From NCBI GenBank assembly GCA_037444405.1, contig JBBIML010000009.1:32001-96000 (forward strand): a stretch of DNA of 64,000 nt, given 5' to 3'. The translations under genes and the position numbers were made by a program. A model generated the notes under the pieces. That model was not told where the DNA came from. It did no database searches and saw only the letters and a program-made list of their open reading frames with translations. This DNA comes from Armatimonadota bacterium. GTDB lineage: Bacteria > Armatimonadota > Fimbriimonadia > Fimbriimonadales > GBS-DC. Positions 47,984-57,629 of this stretch are shown in pieces (within the stretch, counting starts at the first letter, position 1; each line of letters begins with the position of its first letter).

Positions 47984-49102
47984 CTACACAATCTCCCGAA
48001 TCTGTTCGGGCGGCTCGGCGTTCAGCGATTCGCAGCCCGTCTCGGTAATCACATACACATTCTCGACGCGCACGCCGAACCTGCCAGGCAGGTAGATGCC
48101 CGGCTCGATGGTGAAGCAGTGTCCGACCTCCAGCGGCGCGTCGTTGCCCTCCACGATATAGGGCGGCTCATGGACCGACAGCCCGATGCCGTGCCCTGTG
48201 CGATGCACGAAGTAGTCGCCGTAGCCCGCCTGCTGGATCACGCGCCGCGCGGCTCTATCGACTTCCTGTGCGGGCACGCCCGCCCTGGCGGTCGCCCGCG
48301 CCGCCATGTGCGCCTCATACACGACGGCGTAAATCTTTTTCGCCTCTTCGGGCACGGCGCCCACGCTGATGACGCGCGTGATGTCGTTGCAGTAGCCCTC
48401 GTAGGTGCCGCCGTAGTCGATCACGATCACATCGCCTTCCTGCAGGGGGCGATGCCCTGTGGTGTAGTGCGGTCGGGAGCTGTTCTCACCCGCTGCCACG
48501 ATGGGGATGCCGAACGCCAGATGGGAGCCGAAGTCGTACAGCGCCCGCTGGATTGCCAGCGCGACCGCCCACTCGCTGACACCGGGCATGCAGCGTTCCA
48601 GCCCTGCGGCGAGCGCCTCATCGGTCAGTCGCGCCGCCTCGCGCATGCGCTCAACTTCGGCTGCGTCTTTGCGGGCGCGTACGGTGGCGATGATTTCGCC
48701 GCCTCGCCGAAACAGCGCGGCGGGCAGCACCTCCTGCAAAATCAGCAAAAACATGGCGGGCATCTCGTCGTCGACGGCAATCACGGCGGTCTCCAGATTC
48801 TGCTCGCGGGCGCACCGCTCCAGCTGCTGGAAGGGACCTTCCGAGTCGTGCCACACATAGCGCACCTGCCAGCGTGCAGGGTTCGCCTCCGCGCTTTCGG
48901 CGCTGAGCGCGGGCATGAACCAGCACGGCTCGCCCGATTGCGGCACCAGCAGGAACATCAGTCGCTCCAGCGGCGGCTCGCTGAACCCGCTCAGATAGAG
49001 CATATTCACAGGGGTCGCCGCCAGATAGGCGTCCACACCGTGTTGAATCAACGCCGCCTGCAACTTCGCCACCCGCTGCGCATAGAGCGCCTGCTCCGCC
49101 AT
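47984..49102 (-). CDS. Xaa-Pro dipeptidase / M24 aminopeptidase P family
   Basis: Creatinase-like N-domain, IDYGG..GY..DITR, HRTGHGIGL.VHE.P, TIEPGIY, GVRVE. Confidence 0.92.
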   Translation of the reverse strand: MAEQALYAQRVAKLQAALIQHGVDAYLAATPVNMLYLSGFSEPPLERLMFLLVPQSGEPCWFMPALSAESAEANPARWQVRYVWHDSEGPFQQLERCAREQNLETAVIAVDDEMPAMFLLILQEVLPAALFRRGGEIIATVRARKDAAEVERMREAARLTDEALAAGLERCMPGVSEWAVALAIQRALYDFGSHLAFGIPIVAAGENSSRPHYTTGHRPLQEGDVIVIDYGGTYEGYCNDITRVISVGAVPEEAKKIYAVVYEAHMAARATARAGVPAQEVDRAARRVIQQAGYGDYFVHRTGHGIGLSVHEPPYIVEGNDAPLEVGHCFTIEPGIYLPGRFGVRVENVYVITETGCESLNAEPPEQIREIV

Positions 49103-49104
49103 CG

Positions 49105-49776
49105 TCAGCCACCTCCAATACTGATGCGCAACCAATCATGCAATAAGTAATAGATGCGTCCAATCAGCAGCGCGGTACGCGCCATCACCGTGTTGCCAAA
49201 CATCGCGCCCAATCCAATCATCAGGAACCAGCGCCCGAAGGTCGCCACGCGCCTGACCACACCCCGATGCTCAAAGGAGAAGGTGAAATAGGTCAACACC
49301 GACAGTAAGAAGACAATAAATATCCAGTTGTTCAGCACATCGGAGATAACCACATCATTATTAGAAGTTTGCCAGAGCGGTTTTGCCAGAGCGCTATTGA
49401 GCTGGGGTAGCTGACGCGAGGCAAACTCCTGGAAGAAGAGACCTGCTGATGCACCAATGAGCACGCCAATCACGATGCGGCTCAGCCAGCCGTAGCGCTC
49501 GCTGTAGATGAAATAGAGATAAAGACCGAACGGCACAACGAAGCTCCATGCCCAGAACCCCTGCGTCAGCGGTTCCACCCAGTAGCGATAGAGGATGTCC
49601 ACCAGCAGGGGTCCCAGCGAATAGCCTGCCGCCAGCCCGATGTACATGTGTTCAAAGAAGCGGTAGAAGGGGTTCTCCCGATAGAGAATGGAGTAGATGG
49701 CAAAGGTGCAGATGACCCCTATCCAGATATTGAGCCGTTCCCAACTCAGCGGCAGAAACTCCTGGAGCCAGTCCAT
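49105..49776 (-). CDS. Membrane protein (DUF6754 module, subunit 4)
   Basis: 223 aa, about 6 TM, YSILYRENPFYRFFEH, GRWFLMIGLGAMFGNTVMAR. Confidence 0.75.
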   Translation of the reverse strand: MDWLQEFLPLSWERLNIWIGVICTFAIYSILYRENPFYRFFEHMYIGLAAGYSLGPLLVDILYRYWVEPLTQGFWAWSFVVPFGLYLYFIYSERYGWLSRIVIGVLIGASAGLFFQEFASRQLPQLNSALAKPLWQTSNNDVVISDVLNNWIFIVFLLSVLTYFTFSFEHRGVVRRVATFGRWFLMIGLGAMFGNTVMARTALLIGRIYYLLHDWLRISIGGG

Positions 49777-49779
49777 GCT

Positions 49780-50613
49780 TTATCCCTCCCGTGCGTGTCG
49801 ACTCAGAAACATCGCGATATTCCCGAGCAGAATGGTCAGAATGATCAGCACATGGGAAAACTGAATGCAGTTAGCGAATATCGCTCCCTGTCCCTTGATT
49901 TTCAGCAGCTGCTCGTACTCCTGTGCGCCTTTGGCGCCTGTCAACATGCCCTCGACCTGCCCCGAATCGAGAAAGGTGTAAGCTTCGGCTGCCATCACGG
50001 AGGTGGGGCAGAAGAGGACAATCAACCCCTTGGGGCGATAGGAGACCCAGAGAGGCATCGTGCCCGAGGGCGTTACATCGATCACCATTTTGTAGTCCGC
50101 CAATGTGCGCACGCCCTTAAGAACCTCCAGTTGACTGACCGGTGTACCCTCCACATCCTGTTTGACCGTTGCGGGCAGGTCGGTTGTCATGCCTTTGATT
50201 GCCACGATCAGGTTGACATAAAAGCCGAGGTGAGCCCAGTCCTTGCCATACTCGTACCCATACTCTTTGGCGATACGCTGGGCGATACGGTACGACAGAT
50301 CGCGTGCCTGTGCTTCCACCGACATAATCGTGAATCGCACCTTCTTGCGCATCAGATGGTGTAAAACCGCCTCCAGCTGGGGCTTATTCTCGGCAATCGT
50401 GCTGGCGCTCCAGTTGGATGAAACCATCACTAAGTCGCCTGTCTGAAGTTTTTCGATAGCGTTATAGAACTTGCGTGCTGGCGGGCTGATGACCGCCTTC
50501 AACTGAACGGGCAGCAGCAGAAATACCACAATGTTGACAAACAGCAGCAGATAGAGAATCCGCCGATCGATTGCCAGCATCCGGTCCCACACAGCAGGTT
50601 GTCTGGTCTGCAT
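49780..50613 (-). CDS. Membrane-anchored protein (DUF6754 module, subunit 3)
   Basis: GAGGAGG before ATG 50613; IDRRILYLL TM, soluble domain, SGQVEGMLTGAKGAQEYE, C-terminal TM. Confidence 0.75.
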   Translation of the reverse strand: MQTRQPAVWDRMLAIDRRILYLLLFVNIVVFLLLPVQLKAVISPPARKFYNAIEKLQTGDLVMVSSNWSASTIAENKPQLEAVLHHLMRKKVRFTIMSVEAQARDLSYRIAQRIAKEYGYEYGKDWAHLGFYVNLIVAIKGMTTDLPATVKQDVEGTPVSQLEVLKGVRTLADYKMVIDVTPSGTMPLWVSYRPKGLIVLFCPTSVMAAEAYTFLDSGQVEGMLTGAKGAQEYEQLLKIKGQGAIFANCIQFSHVLIILTILLGNIAMFLSRHAREG

Positions 50614-50626
50614 CGTTGCTTCCTCC

Positions 50627-51484
50627 TCAGGTGATGCCGCGTTCAAGGCTCAGCCATAGTCGGATCGCCATCGCCAGTCCGCCGATGCCCACGCCAAACT
50701 CGATCGCTCGCTGGACAGGGGCGTTGAGCTTGATCAGAATCCAGTTCGCAATTTCTGGCAGGCTCAGGGCATAGAGGATAGACTCCAGCGAGAACGGATG
50801 CGCGTCTTTGGGCACCTCCGAGGGCAAGCCCATCCAGCTGCTGATTGCGGCGCCCAGCGGCATAATACCAATCATAATAATCATCGCGGTGAACATCAGA
50901 ATGCCGGCTTCGATGGAACGAACCCGGAAGGCGCGATAGGCTGCCGAATAGATATAGAAGGCAATGATGGAGAACATCGCCGCGTCCAGCTGAACCAGGG
51001 TGTAGTCGAACAGGATCTCGAAGCCGCGCACCAGCACGGAATTTTTGGGCAGGAGGTTCTTTGCTGCCAGCGTGTTCCAGATGCTGAAGAACGCCATCGT
51101 GAGGAAGGAGATCAGCAAGACGACGCTGTAGCCCCACTGGGCACGCCGTTGCACCACATTGCGCAGATGCAGGCGTATCAGCCCGTAAGTGCCCAGTCCT
51201 AACGCCAGACTGCCAATAATCTGCAGCACATTTTGGGCGGGCTGAACACCGGGCGTAAGCCAGTTCTCATTGTCTTTGGTCAGCGGCAGGAAGAACTCAG
51301 CCGCAAAAAAGGCGCCTGCGAAGAAGGTAATCAAGGCAATCAGCACACGCCGCCCACGCGGAGGCAACGCCTGCAACAGCGGGATCAGCCCCAGCATCAG
51401 CAAGAACGCCCCTAATACAATCAGCACCATCGCGATGATGCCCGCCGTCGTCGAAGTGTCCACCTGCCAGACCGATCTCCACAT
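50627..51484 (-). CDS. Polytopic membrane protein (DUF6754 module, subunit 2)
   Basis: MFSIIAFYIYSAAYRAFRVRSIEA, QRAIEFGVGIG; about 7 TM. Confidence 0.75.
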   Translation of the reverse strand: MWRSVWQVDTSTTAGIIAMVLIVLGAFLLMLGLIPLLQALPPRGRRVLIALITFFAGAFFAAEFFLPLTKDNENWLTPGVQPAQNVLQIIGSLALGLGTYGLIRLHLRNVVQRRAQWGYSVVLLISFLTMAFFSIWNTLAAKNLLPKNSVLVRGFEILFDYTLVQLDAAMFSIIAFYIYSAAYRAFRVRSIEAGILMFTAMIIMIGIMPLGAAISSWMGLPSEVPKDAHPFSLESILYALSLPEIANWILIKLNAPVQRAIEFGVGIGGLAMAIRLWLSLERGIT

Positions 51485-51487
51485 CGG

Positions 51488-52324
51488 TTATTTCCCTCCG
51501 AAAAGAGTTTTGGAAACAAATTCGACGAAAGGCTCCCAGCCGCCTGGTTGACCCAGCAGCTTGATAAACGGGTGATCCGTGCCCAGCACGGTGGCGGCAA
51601 TCGCTCCCACGCCCACGGTACAGGCAAAGAGGAACTTGGCGATGTCCTGCCCCACCATGCTGCCCAGCAGCACCGGTTCACGGCTGAGATATGCGCTCGT
51701 CGCGTAGAACTCGTCGCCGATAATCGTGTAGTCGCATGCCGCCACAAAGAAGGGCACCTGCGTGAAGCTGACGGTGCCCGCGATCTGAATCGCGCCCACG
51801 ATGTTGCCTGTCTCGGCGAAGATCAGCGACTCGGCATAGAACTCGCCGAACATGAAGTTGGCAGCTACCCGTTCACGCTGGATCAGCCCTGCCACACCCG
51901 ATGCGAAGGCAAACTGGCGGTCGGACAGGAAGCGCACGCTGTCGGGGTCATACAGGTCGGGGCGACCTGCCTCGTTATAAGCGTCCTGAATCGCTTCCTG
52001 TGCCACCGCATACACGGTTGCATCGGCGGTCAGCAGGCGCATCGGCGTCGCGAACTTGGCAATTTGTTTCGTGATATATTTGAAGATAGTCAACGCCTGC
52101 ACGGCCGCCACGCCGAAAGCGGTTAAGCCCGGGATCATCGTGACGGGGCGCCCCATCTCGGTGGAGCGACCGATAGCCTCGTCGATGGCGTCCAGCCCCG
52201 CAATGCGCCGAATGTAGAGCTGGGCGCCTGCCTTCGCCCGCGCGATGTTAATCAGCACTGCCAGCGCGATAATCGCAATGATAATCGCCGCGAACCAGTT
52301 ATCCTGCGCATGTTGATAGGGCAT
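51488..52324 (-). CDS. DUF6754-like membrane protein
   Basis: IRRIAGLDAIDEAIGRSTEMGRPV, AESLIFAE, QIAGT, FFVAACDY.IIGDE.YA.SAYL, GQD..K. Confidence 0.75.
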   Translation of the reverse strand: MPYQHAQDNWFAAIIIAIIALAVLINIARAKAGAQLYIRRIAGLDAIDEAIGRSTEMGRPVTMIPGLTAFGVAAVQALTIFKYITKQIAKFATPMRLLTADATVYAVAQEAIQDAYNEAGRPDLYDPDSVRFLSDRQFAFASGVAGLIQRERVAANFMFGEFYAESLIFAETGNIVGAIQIAGTVSFTQVPFFVAACDYTIIGDEFYATSAYLSREPVLLGSMVGQDIAKFLFACTVGVGAIAATVLGTDHPFIKLLGQPGGWEPFVEFVSKTLFGGK

Positions 52325-52669
52325 TCAGCTGGACCCTCCCGTCTCCGATGAGTGGCTGGCGGCAGGCATCTGGCGTCCTGCGCGTCGCTCCTCCTCCAGC
52401 TCCTCGATGCGTTCGATGAGCCGATCCCAGTTCTCGCGCTCGCTCATCAGCTGAGTGTATTCGTCCACACGCTGGAAGCCGAACAGGGCGACCAGAAACG
52501 GCGAGAAGGCGATGCCCGCCTGCGAGCCGATGAACGCCAGCGGGCGATGCAGCTCCAGAAATATTATTGCTGGCGCCGCCAGCCCGCGATTGACCACGAA
52601 CCGCGCCATCGCCTCGATCAGCTCCTGCTTACGCTCCTCGCTCAGTGGCTCTTTCCAGAACTCGTGCAT
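52325..52669 (-). CDS. Hypothetical protein
   Basis: 114 aa, GGAGG RBS, operonic spacing, host-like codon usage. Confidence 0.7.
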   Translation of the reverse strand: MHEFWKEPLSEERKQELIEAMARFVVNRGLAAPAIIFLELHRPLAFIGSQAGIAFSPFLVALFGFQRVDEYTQLMSERENWDRLIERIEELEEERRAGRQMPAASHSSETGGSS

Positions 52670-52681
52670 GCGCCACCACCT

Positions 52682-53149
52682 TCAGATTTTAACCGTCTGT
52701 TTCGCCTGCTTACGCCGCTTACGAACCGCTTTTTTGCTCTGGTGGGTGGCGGTGCAGAAGCGTTCCACCAGCGCCCGCACTTCATCGGCATGATCGCCGT
52801 ACCAGAGAAAGATACCCCGAAAGGCGTCCAGTCGGCTCGGCTTCTCGAAGGGGCTAAGCAGCACGCCCTGCTCGCCCCACACCACACGCCGAACGCGCTC
52901 CCAGCGCATCAGGCGCGGCGACCACCCTTTCTGACGGATGCCCGCCTCGTCCGCTTCATAGCGGATCGGCAGCAGGTAGTCGGCAGTCGCTGAGAAGACC
53001 ATCCACAGGGCAGCGATCGCGAACAGCCAGTGCCCCATCAGCCATAGCCCCAGCAGTGGTGCGCCAATCAGCACCAGCAGCACCACGGGCAGCCGCTCCG
53101 GCTGACGCCGCGCCAGATGCACCCGCCACCGCAATAATGGTTCCGCCAT
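52682..53149 (-). CDS. Two-TM hypothetical protein with a soluble C-terminal domain
   Basis: Two hydrophobic helices followed by a soluble region; operonic position. Confidence 0.65.
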   Translation of the reverse strand: MAEPLLRWRVHLARRQPERLPVVLLVLIGAPLLGLWLMGHWLFAIAALWMVFSATADYLLPIRYEADEAGIRQKGWSPRLMRWERVRRVVWGEQGVLLSPFEKPSRLDAFRGIFLWYGDHADEVRALVERFCTATHQSKKAVRKRRKQAKQTVKI

Positions 53150-53160
53150 AGCGCCATTTA

Positions 53161-54447
53161 TCAATTCGTTGTTGCTGCCGCCTCTCCTGCCGGCTTCTCC
53201 CGAAACAGCAATCCGAACACCACGCCAATCACCACTGTCGCCACCGTCGGCACCAGGAACACCAGCGTGTAGTTCGTCACGCCGTTAACGGTGAAGATGT
53301 CCTTGAGCCAGCCTGCCAGAAAGCCGCCTGCCAGCGCGCCCACGCCCAGCACTGCCACATTGATCAGCGCCTGCGCCGACGAGCGAATATCGGCAGGCGC
53401 CACCATGTCGGTATAGATGAACGCTACCACGAAGAAGAACACATAGCAGAAGCCGTGCAGCGCCAGCGAAGCCACCGCCAGCCACACCGTCCACGGCGCC
53501 GTTTCGTGCAGCGCCCACGCCAGCGCGAACACGGCGTAACGGGCTGGCCACGCAAAGATGCCCAGCAACAGCGTGCGCCGAATACCCCATATCGGCAACA
53601 CCGCAGGCAACATCAGCGCAATCGTGAAAATCTCGGCAATCTGCGCTATCGTCATCCAGGCTGGCAGGTTATCGGCGGTGATACCCACTCGCCCGCCCGC
53701 CGATTGCAGGAAGGGAAAGGTCAGAATGTAATACAGTGGCAGCTCCGTCGCCACCAGAAACGCCACGATGAAAAACAGGCGATAGTTCGGGTCGCGCAGC
53801 AACTGCAGCGCTTCGATAAACGCGAACGGGTTCGGCGCCTCCGTAGCGGGCGGTGTGTTCGGCAGGGCGAAGCTGATCAGTCCCGCAATCAGCGAGATTA
53901 CGCCCGCCATCAGAAACACATCGATAATCCCCCATTGCAGCGAACCTGCGGTGCGCATTACCGAAACCAGCCAGTTCGCCACAATCCAGCCAATCGTGCC
54001 CCAGACGCGAATCGGTCCGAACTCTATCGCAGGATCTTTCAGGTTGCGGAAAGCGACCGAGTTAGAGAGAGCAAGTGTCGGCGCATAGCAGAAGGCGTAT
54101 GCCAGCATCAGCACCGTCATCGGCAACAGCGTCTTCTGATAGGCAAGCAGTATCAGCAGTGCGCCACCCAGCAGGTGAAACAGCGCCAGCGCACGCTGGG
54201 CAGGCATCAGGCGATCCGCCAGCTGCCCCGCTGTGAACGGCACAATCAGGTTCATAATCGGCAGCGCGTTATAGATCAGCGCCAGCCCCAGCCCCGTGAA
54301 GCCCAGCTCCTTCTCCAGATAGCCCGCCAGCGCAACCGACCATGCGCCCCAGATGGCGTACTGCAGGAACATCATCACCGCCAGCATCGGTTGCTCCTGC
54401 AGCACACGGATCGCTATCGCCAGAGTGCTTTCCTGCCTTCCCTGCAT
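53161..54447 (-). CDS. MFS transporter, nucleoside:H+ symporter (NupG/YegT-like)
   Basis: MMFLQYAIWGAW, GQLADR, IRVWGTIGW, LPNTPP, LHGFCY.FF, RSSAQAL. Confidence 0.88.
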   Translation of the reverse strand: MQGRQESTLAIAIRVLQEQPMLAVMMFLQYAIWGAWSVALAGYLEKELGFTGLGLALIYNALPIMNLIVPFTAGQLADRLMPAQRALALFHLLGGALLILLAYQKTLLPMTVLMLAYAFCYAPTLALSNSVAFRNLKDPAIEFGPIRVWGTIGWIVANWLVSVMRTAGSLQWGIIDVFLMAGVISLIAGLISFALPNTPPATEAPNPFAFIEALQLLRDPNYRLFFIVAFLVATELPLYYILTFPFLQSAGGRVGITADNLPAWMTIAQIAEIFTIALMLPAVLPIWGIRRTLLLGIFAWPARYAVFALAWALHETAPWTVWLAVASLALHGFCYVFFFVVAFIYTDMVAPADIRSSAQALINVAVLGVGALAGGFLAGWLKDIFTVNGVTNYTLVFLVPTVATVVIGVVFGLLFREKPAGEAAATTN

Positions 54448-54468
54448 CGTTTGTTTGCCTCCTTGCGC

Positions 54469-55476
54469 TCAATTGAGGGGCTGATTCGCCGTCAGCGTCG
54501 TCTTCTCCTGCCGATTTTCTTCTGGCGAGCGCACAAAAAGAATATAGCTGAGCAGAACGGCGAGCGCAATCGTGCCCCAGAGGAACTTTGTCCAGCTCGG
54601 AAAGGCGTAGAAGGAGAAGAAGGCTTCGGTGAAGGCGGCGATGAAGATCAGCGGGATGGAGCCGCCCAGCAGCCAGATGGCTTCGCGTCCCGCCTCGCGC
54701 AGGGCGTCGATGCGGGTCAAATCGCCCGGCATCAGCAGGGCGCGCCCCAGCAGCAGCCCGCCTGCGCCGCACAGAAAGATGGCGCCTATCTCTGGTACAC
54801 CATGCGGATAGATGGAGACCAGAAAGAAGCCCAGCTTGCCCGCCCGCGCCATCTCCGCCGCGAAGATGCCCAGCAGAAAGCCGTTCGTCCACAGCAGATA
54901 GACCGTCGGAATGCCTAAAAAGAAGCCCAATCCGAACGAGAGCATCGCCACGCGCGTGTTGTTCACAAAATAGAAGCTGGACATCACCGCCGCCAGCCCT
55001 GTCTGACCCAGCTGATATTGTCGTCCGCTCTTCCAGTGTTCCAGCACTTCGGCGAACTGCGGGTCTAACAGGCGGGCGGTCCAAGCGGGATCGCGGCTCA
55101 CCAGCGCGAAGGCGATCAGCGCGCCGGCGAGCGTGAGGGCGATGCTCAACGCCACCGCCCGCCACTGCCGCCGCACCACTGCCGGGAAGGTGTAGAACAG
55201 GCGTTTGATACCCTCGCGCAGGCTGGCTCTTGGGGGGCGATAGAACACGCCGTGCGCCTGACCCAGCAGGCTGTTGAGATAGTCGATCACGGGCGGATCG
55301 GCTCCCTGCAGGCGGGCGTAGGCTAAATCGGTTGCCACCTGCCGATAGAGGCGTCCCAGCTCGTTCAGTTCCTGACGGGTGAGCGCGTGGGCGCCGCCCC
55401 AGCGCACCGCCCGCACCATCTGCTCAAACCGCTCCCAGCGTGCCTTCCGCCGCTCCACAAACGCCCGAACATTCAC
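54469..55476 (-). CDS. SpoIIM/DUF95 family membrane protein
   Basis: LYRQVATDLA, NNTRVA, NGFLLG, PHGVPE, IAAFTEAF. Confidence 0.85.
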   Translation of the reverse strand: MNVRAFVERRKARWERFEQMVRAVRWGGAHALTRQELNELGRLYRQVATDLAYARLQGADPPVIDYLNSLLGQAHGVFYRPPRASLREGIKRLFYTFPAVVRRQWRAVALSIALTLAGALIAFALVSRDPAWTARLLDPQFAEVLEHWKSGRQYQLGQTGLAAVMSSFYFVNNTRVAMLSFGLGFFLGIPTVYLLWTNGFLLGIFAAEMARAGKLGFFLVSIYPHGVPEIGAIFLCGAGGLLLGRALLMPGDLTRIDALREAGREAIWLLGGSIPLIFIAAFTEAFFSFYAFPSWTKFLWGTIALAVLLSYILFVRSPEENRQEKTTLTANQPLN

Positions 55477-55488
55477 GCCCCGTTCGAT

Positions 55489-55854
55489 TCACCGCGCCTC
55501 GCACCCATCCTGCATGCTTTCGGTCGTCTGCTGCTCGCTATCCCACTGGCGGGCGAACTCGCGGATGGTTTTGAGCAGCTCGATCAGTCGCTCCCCGCGC
55601 GGGGTGAAGGCGTACTCCACATGGGGAGGCACTTCGGGATACACTTGCCGCCGAATCAGCCCGAACCGCTCCAGCTTGCGCACGCGCTCCTGCAGCACCT
55701 TTGGGGTCAAGCCGGGCAGCGCACGCTCCAGCTTGCCCGGACGGTTAATCCCCTGTGCAATCGCGTCCAGAATCGCCAGCGTCCACTTGCACTTGAGGAT
55801 GTCCGTCAGGCACTCGTAGACTTCCGCATAGGGATGCTGCCACACTTCGCCCAT
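55489..55854 (-). CDS. HxlR-family winged-helix transcriptional regulator
   Basis: KWTLAIL, LPGLTPKVL, GLIRRQVYPEVPPHVEYAFTPRG. Confidence 0.88.
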   Translation of the reverse strand: MGEVWQHPYAEVYECLTDILKCKWTLAILDAIAQGINRPGKLERALPGLTPKVLQERVRKLERFGLIRRQVYPEVPPHVEYAFTPRGERLIELLKTIREFARQWDSEQQTTESMQDGCEAR

Positions 55855-55867
55855 AACCGCATGAAGT

Positions 55868-57556
55868 TTACTCGACCGACGATGCTGACATGCCGAGCAG
55901 TTCGCGGGCGTGCTGGAGAGCGGTTTCGGTCGGTTCGCCTGTGAGCATGCGGGCGATTTCGCGCACGCGCTCTTCATCGCGAAGTGCGCTGACAATCACG
56001 CGCGTGGTATCGCCCTCCACCTGCTTCTCAATCAGCAGGTGGTGCTGGGCGCGGCTGGCGATCTGGGGCAGGTGCGTGACGCAGATAATCTGGAAGTGCT
56101 GGCTCAGGCGAGCCAGCTTCTCGCCCACGAAGTGCGCTGTTCGCCCGCCCAGTCCGGCGTCGATCTCGTCGAACACCAGCGTTGGCACCGGCGAGGCGGT
56201 TGTTAGTACCGTTTTGAGCGCGAGCATCACGCGCGACAGCTCGCCGCCCGAGGCGATTTTGTGCAGGGGTCGCGGCGGCTCGCCCGGATTCGCGCTGAAC
56301 AGGAACTCCACCGCGTCGGTGCCCGTGCTGTCCATCGGCTTCGGCGTGAGGTTCACCACAAACTGCGCGCGCTCCATCGCCAGCTCGGTCAGAATCGAGC
56401 GCACCTGCTCGGCGAAGCGGGTTGCGCCGTTGCGCCGCGCATCACTGAGCTGCTCACAGAGAGCATTTGCGCGGGCGCGCGTCGCCTCCAGCTCCTGCTC
56501 CAGCTCCTCGCGCCGCTCGGTCTGATGCTCCAGCGCGTGCAGTTTCTGCTCCGCCTCGTTCGCATAGGCTAAGATCGCGTCGATCGTGTCGCCATACTTG
56601 CGCTTCAGGCGTCGAATCTGTTCCAGTCGGGCAATCACCGTCTCCAGCCGTTCGGGGTCGTACTCGATGCTTTCGCTATACTGGCGCAGCAGTGCCGCGC
56701 ACTCCTGAAGTTGAACCGCCGCGCTCTCCAGCGTTTCCTGCCAGTCCGCGACGGAGGGGTCAATACGGGCAATTTCGTGCAGGTGGCGAGCGGCTTCGGC
56801 AGCCCGATCATACGCGCCGCCCTCGCTCATCAGGCACTCATACGCGGAGCTTGCCAGCGCGAGCAGCTTTTCCGCGTGAGTCAGCCGTCGCTCCTCCGTG
56901 AGCAGGCTTTCCTCCTCACCCGCTTGCAGGTGCGCGCTGCGTATCTCCTGAATCTGGAAGCGGTAGAGGTCGATCATCTGCTCGCGTTCGCGCTCGCGTT
57001 CAATTAGCGCCTGCAGTTCGTTCTCGATCTGGTGCAGGCGGCACACGGTCTCGCGTACTTCGGCGCGCAGGTTCAGCACCCGTTCGCCCAGCCAGCGATC
57101 CAGAAAGTCGAGATGACTGCTCGGTTTCAGCAGGGACTGATGTTCGTGCTGTCCGTGCAGATCGACCAGCAGGTCGCCGATGGCTTTGAGCGTGTTGAGC
57201 GGCACGGGCTGAGCGTTCACACGCGCGATGGAGCGCCCGCCTGCCTGCACCTCGCGCGAGAGATAGAGCAGTTGCTGACCGTTCTCGTGCGTTTCAGGTT
57301 CGATGCCCAGCTCCTGCAGGGTTGCCTGCAGGTCGGGGTCGTTGGGTAGTTGTATGATGGCGTTCACGCGCAGGCGGTCGGCGCCCGTGCGAATGAGCGA
57401 CGGGTCCGCTCGCTCACCCAGCACAAGGTTCAGCGCGCCCAGCAGGATCGACTTGCCCGCGCCCGTCTCCCCCGTCAGCACATTGAAACCCGGCGCGAAG
57501 CCGATGTCCACTCGCTCAATAATCGCCAGATTCTCGATGTGCAACTCCAGCAGCAT
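55868..57556 (-). CDS. recN: DNA repair protein RecN
   Basis: LTGETGAGKS, HGQHEHQ, ASGGELSR, FDEIDAG, VTHLPQIA, EIARML. Confidence 0.97.
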   Translation of the reverse strand: MLLELHIENLAIIERVDIGFAPGFNVLTGETGAGKSILLGALNLVLGERADPSLIRTGADRLRVNAIIQLPNDPDLQATLQELGIEPETHENGQQLLYLSREVQAGGRSIARVNAQPVPLNTLKAIGDLLVDLHGQHEHQSLLKPSSHLDFLDRWLGERVLNLRAEVRETVCRLHQIENELQALIEREREREQMIDLYRFQIQEIRSAHLQAGEEESLLTEERRLTHAEKLLALASSAYECLMSEGGAYDRAAEAARHLHEIARIDPSVADWQETLESAAVQLQECAALLRQYSESIEYDPERLETVIARLEQIRRLKRKYGDTIDAILAYANEAEQKLHALEHQTERREELEQELEATRARANALCEQLSDARRNGATRFAEQVRSILTELAMERAQFVVNLTPKPMDSTGTDAVEFLFSANPGEPPRPLHKIASGGELSRVMLALKTVLTTASPVPTLVFDEIDAGLGGRTAHFVGEKLARLSQHFQIICVTHLPQIASRAQHHLLIEKQVEGDTTRVIVSALRDEERVREIARMLTGEPTETALQHARELLGMSASSVE

Positions 57557-57629
57557 CGATAGAGAGTGTACCTGTCAGGCTTGCGACTGCTCTGGGGCGA
57601 GGCGTTGAAACGGGTACACTCTGAATGCT

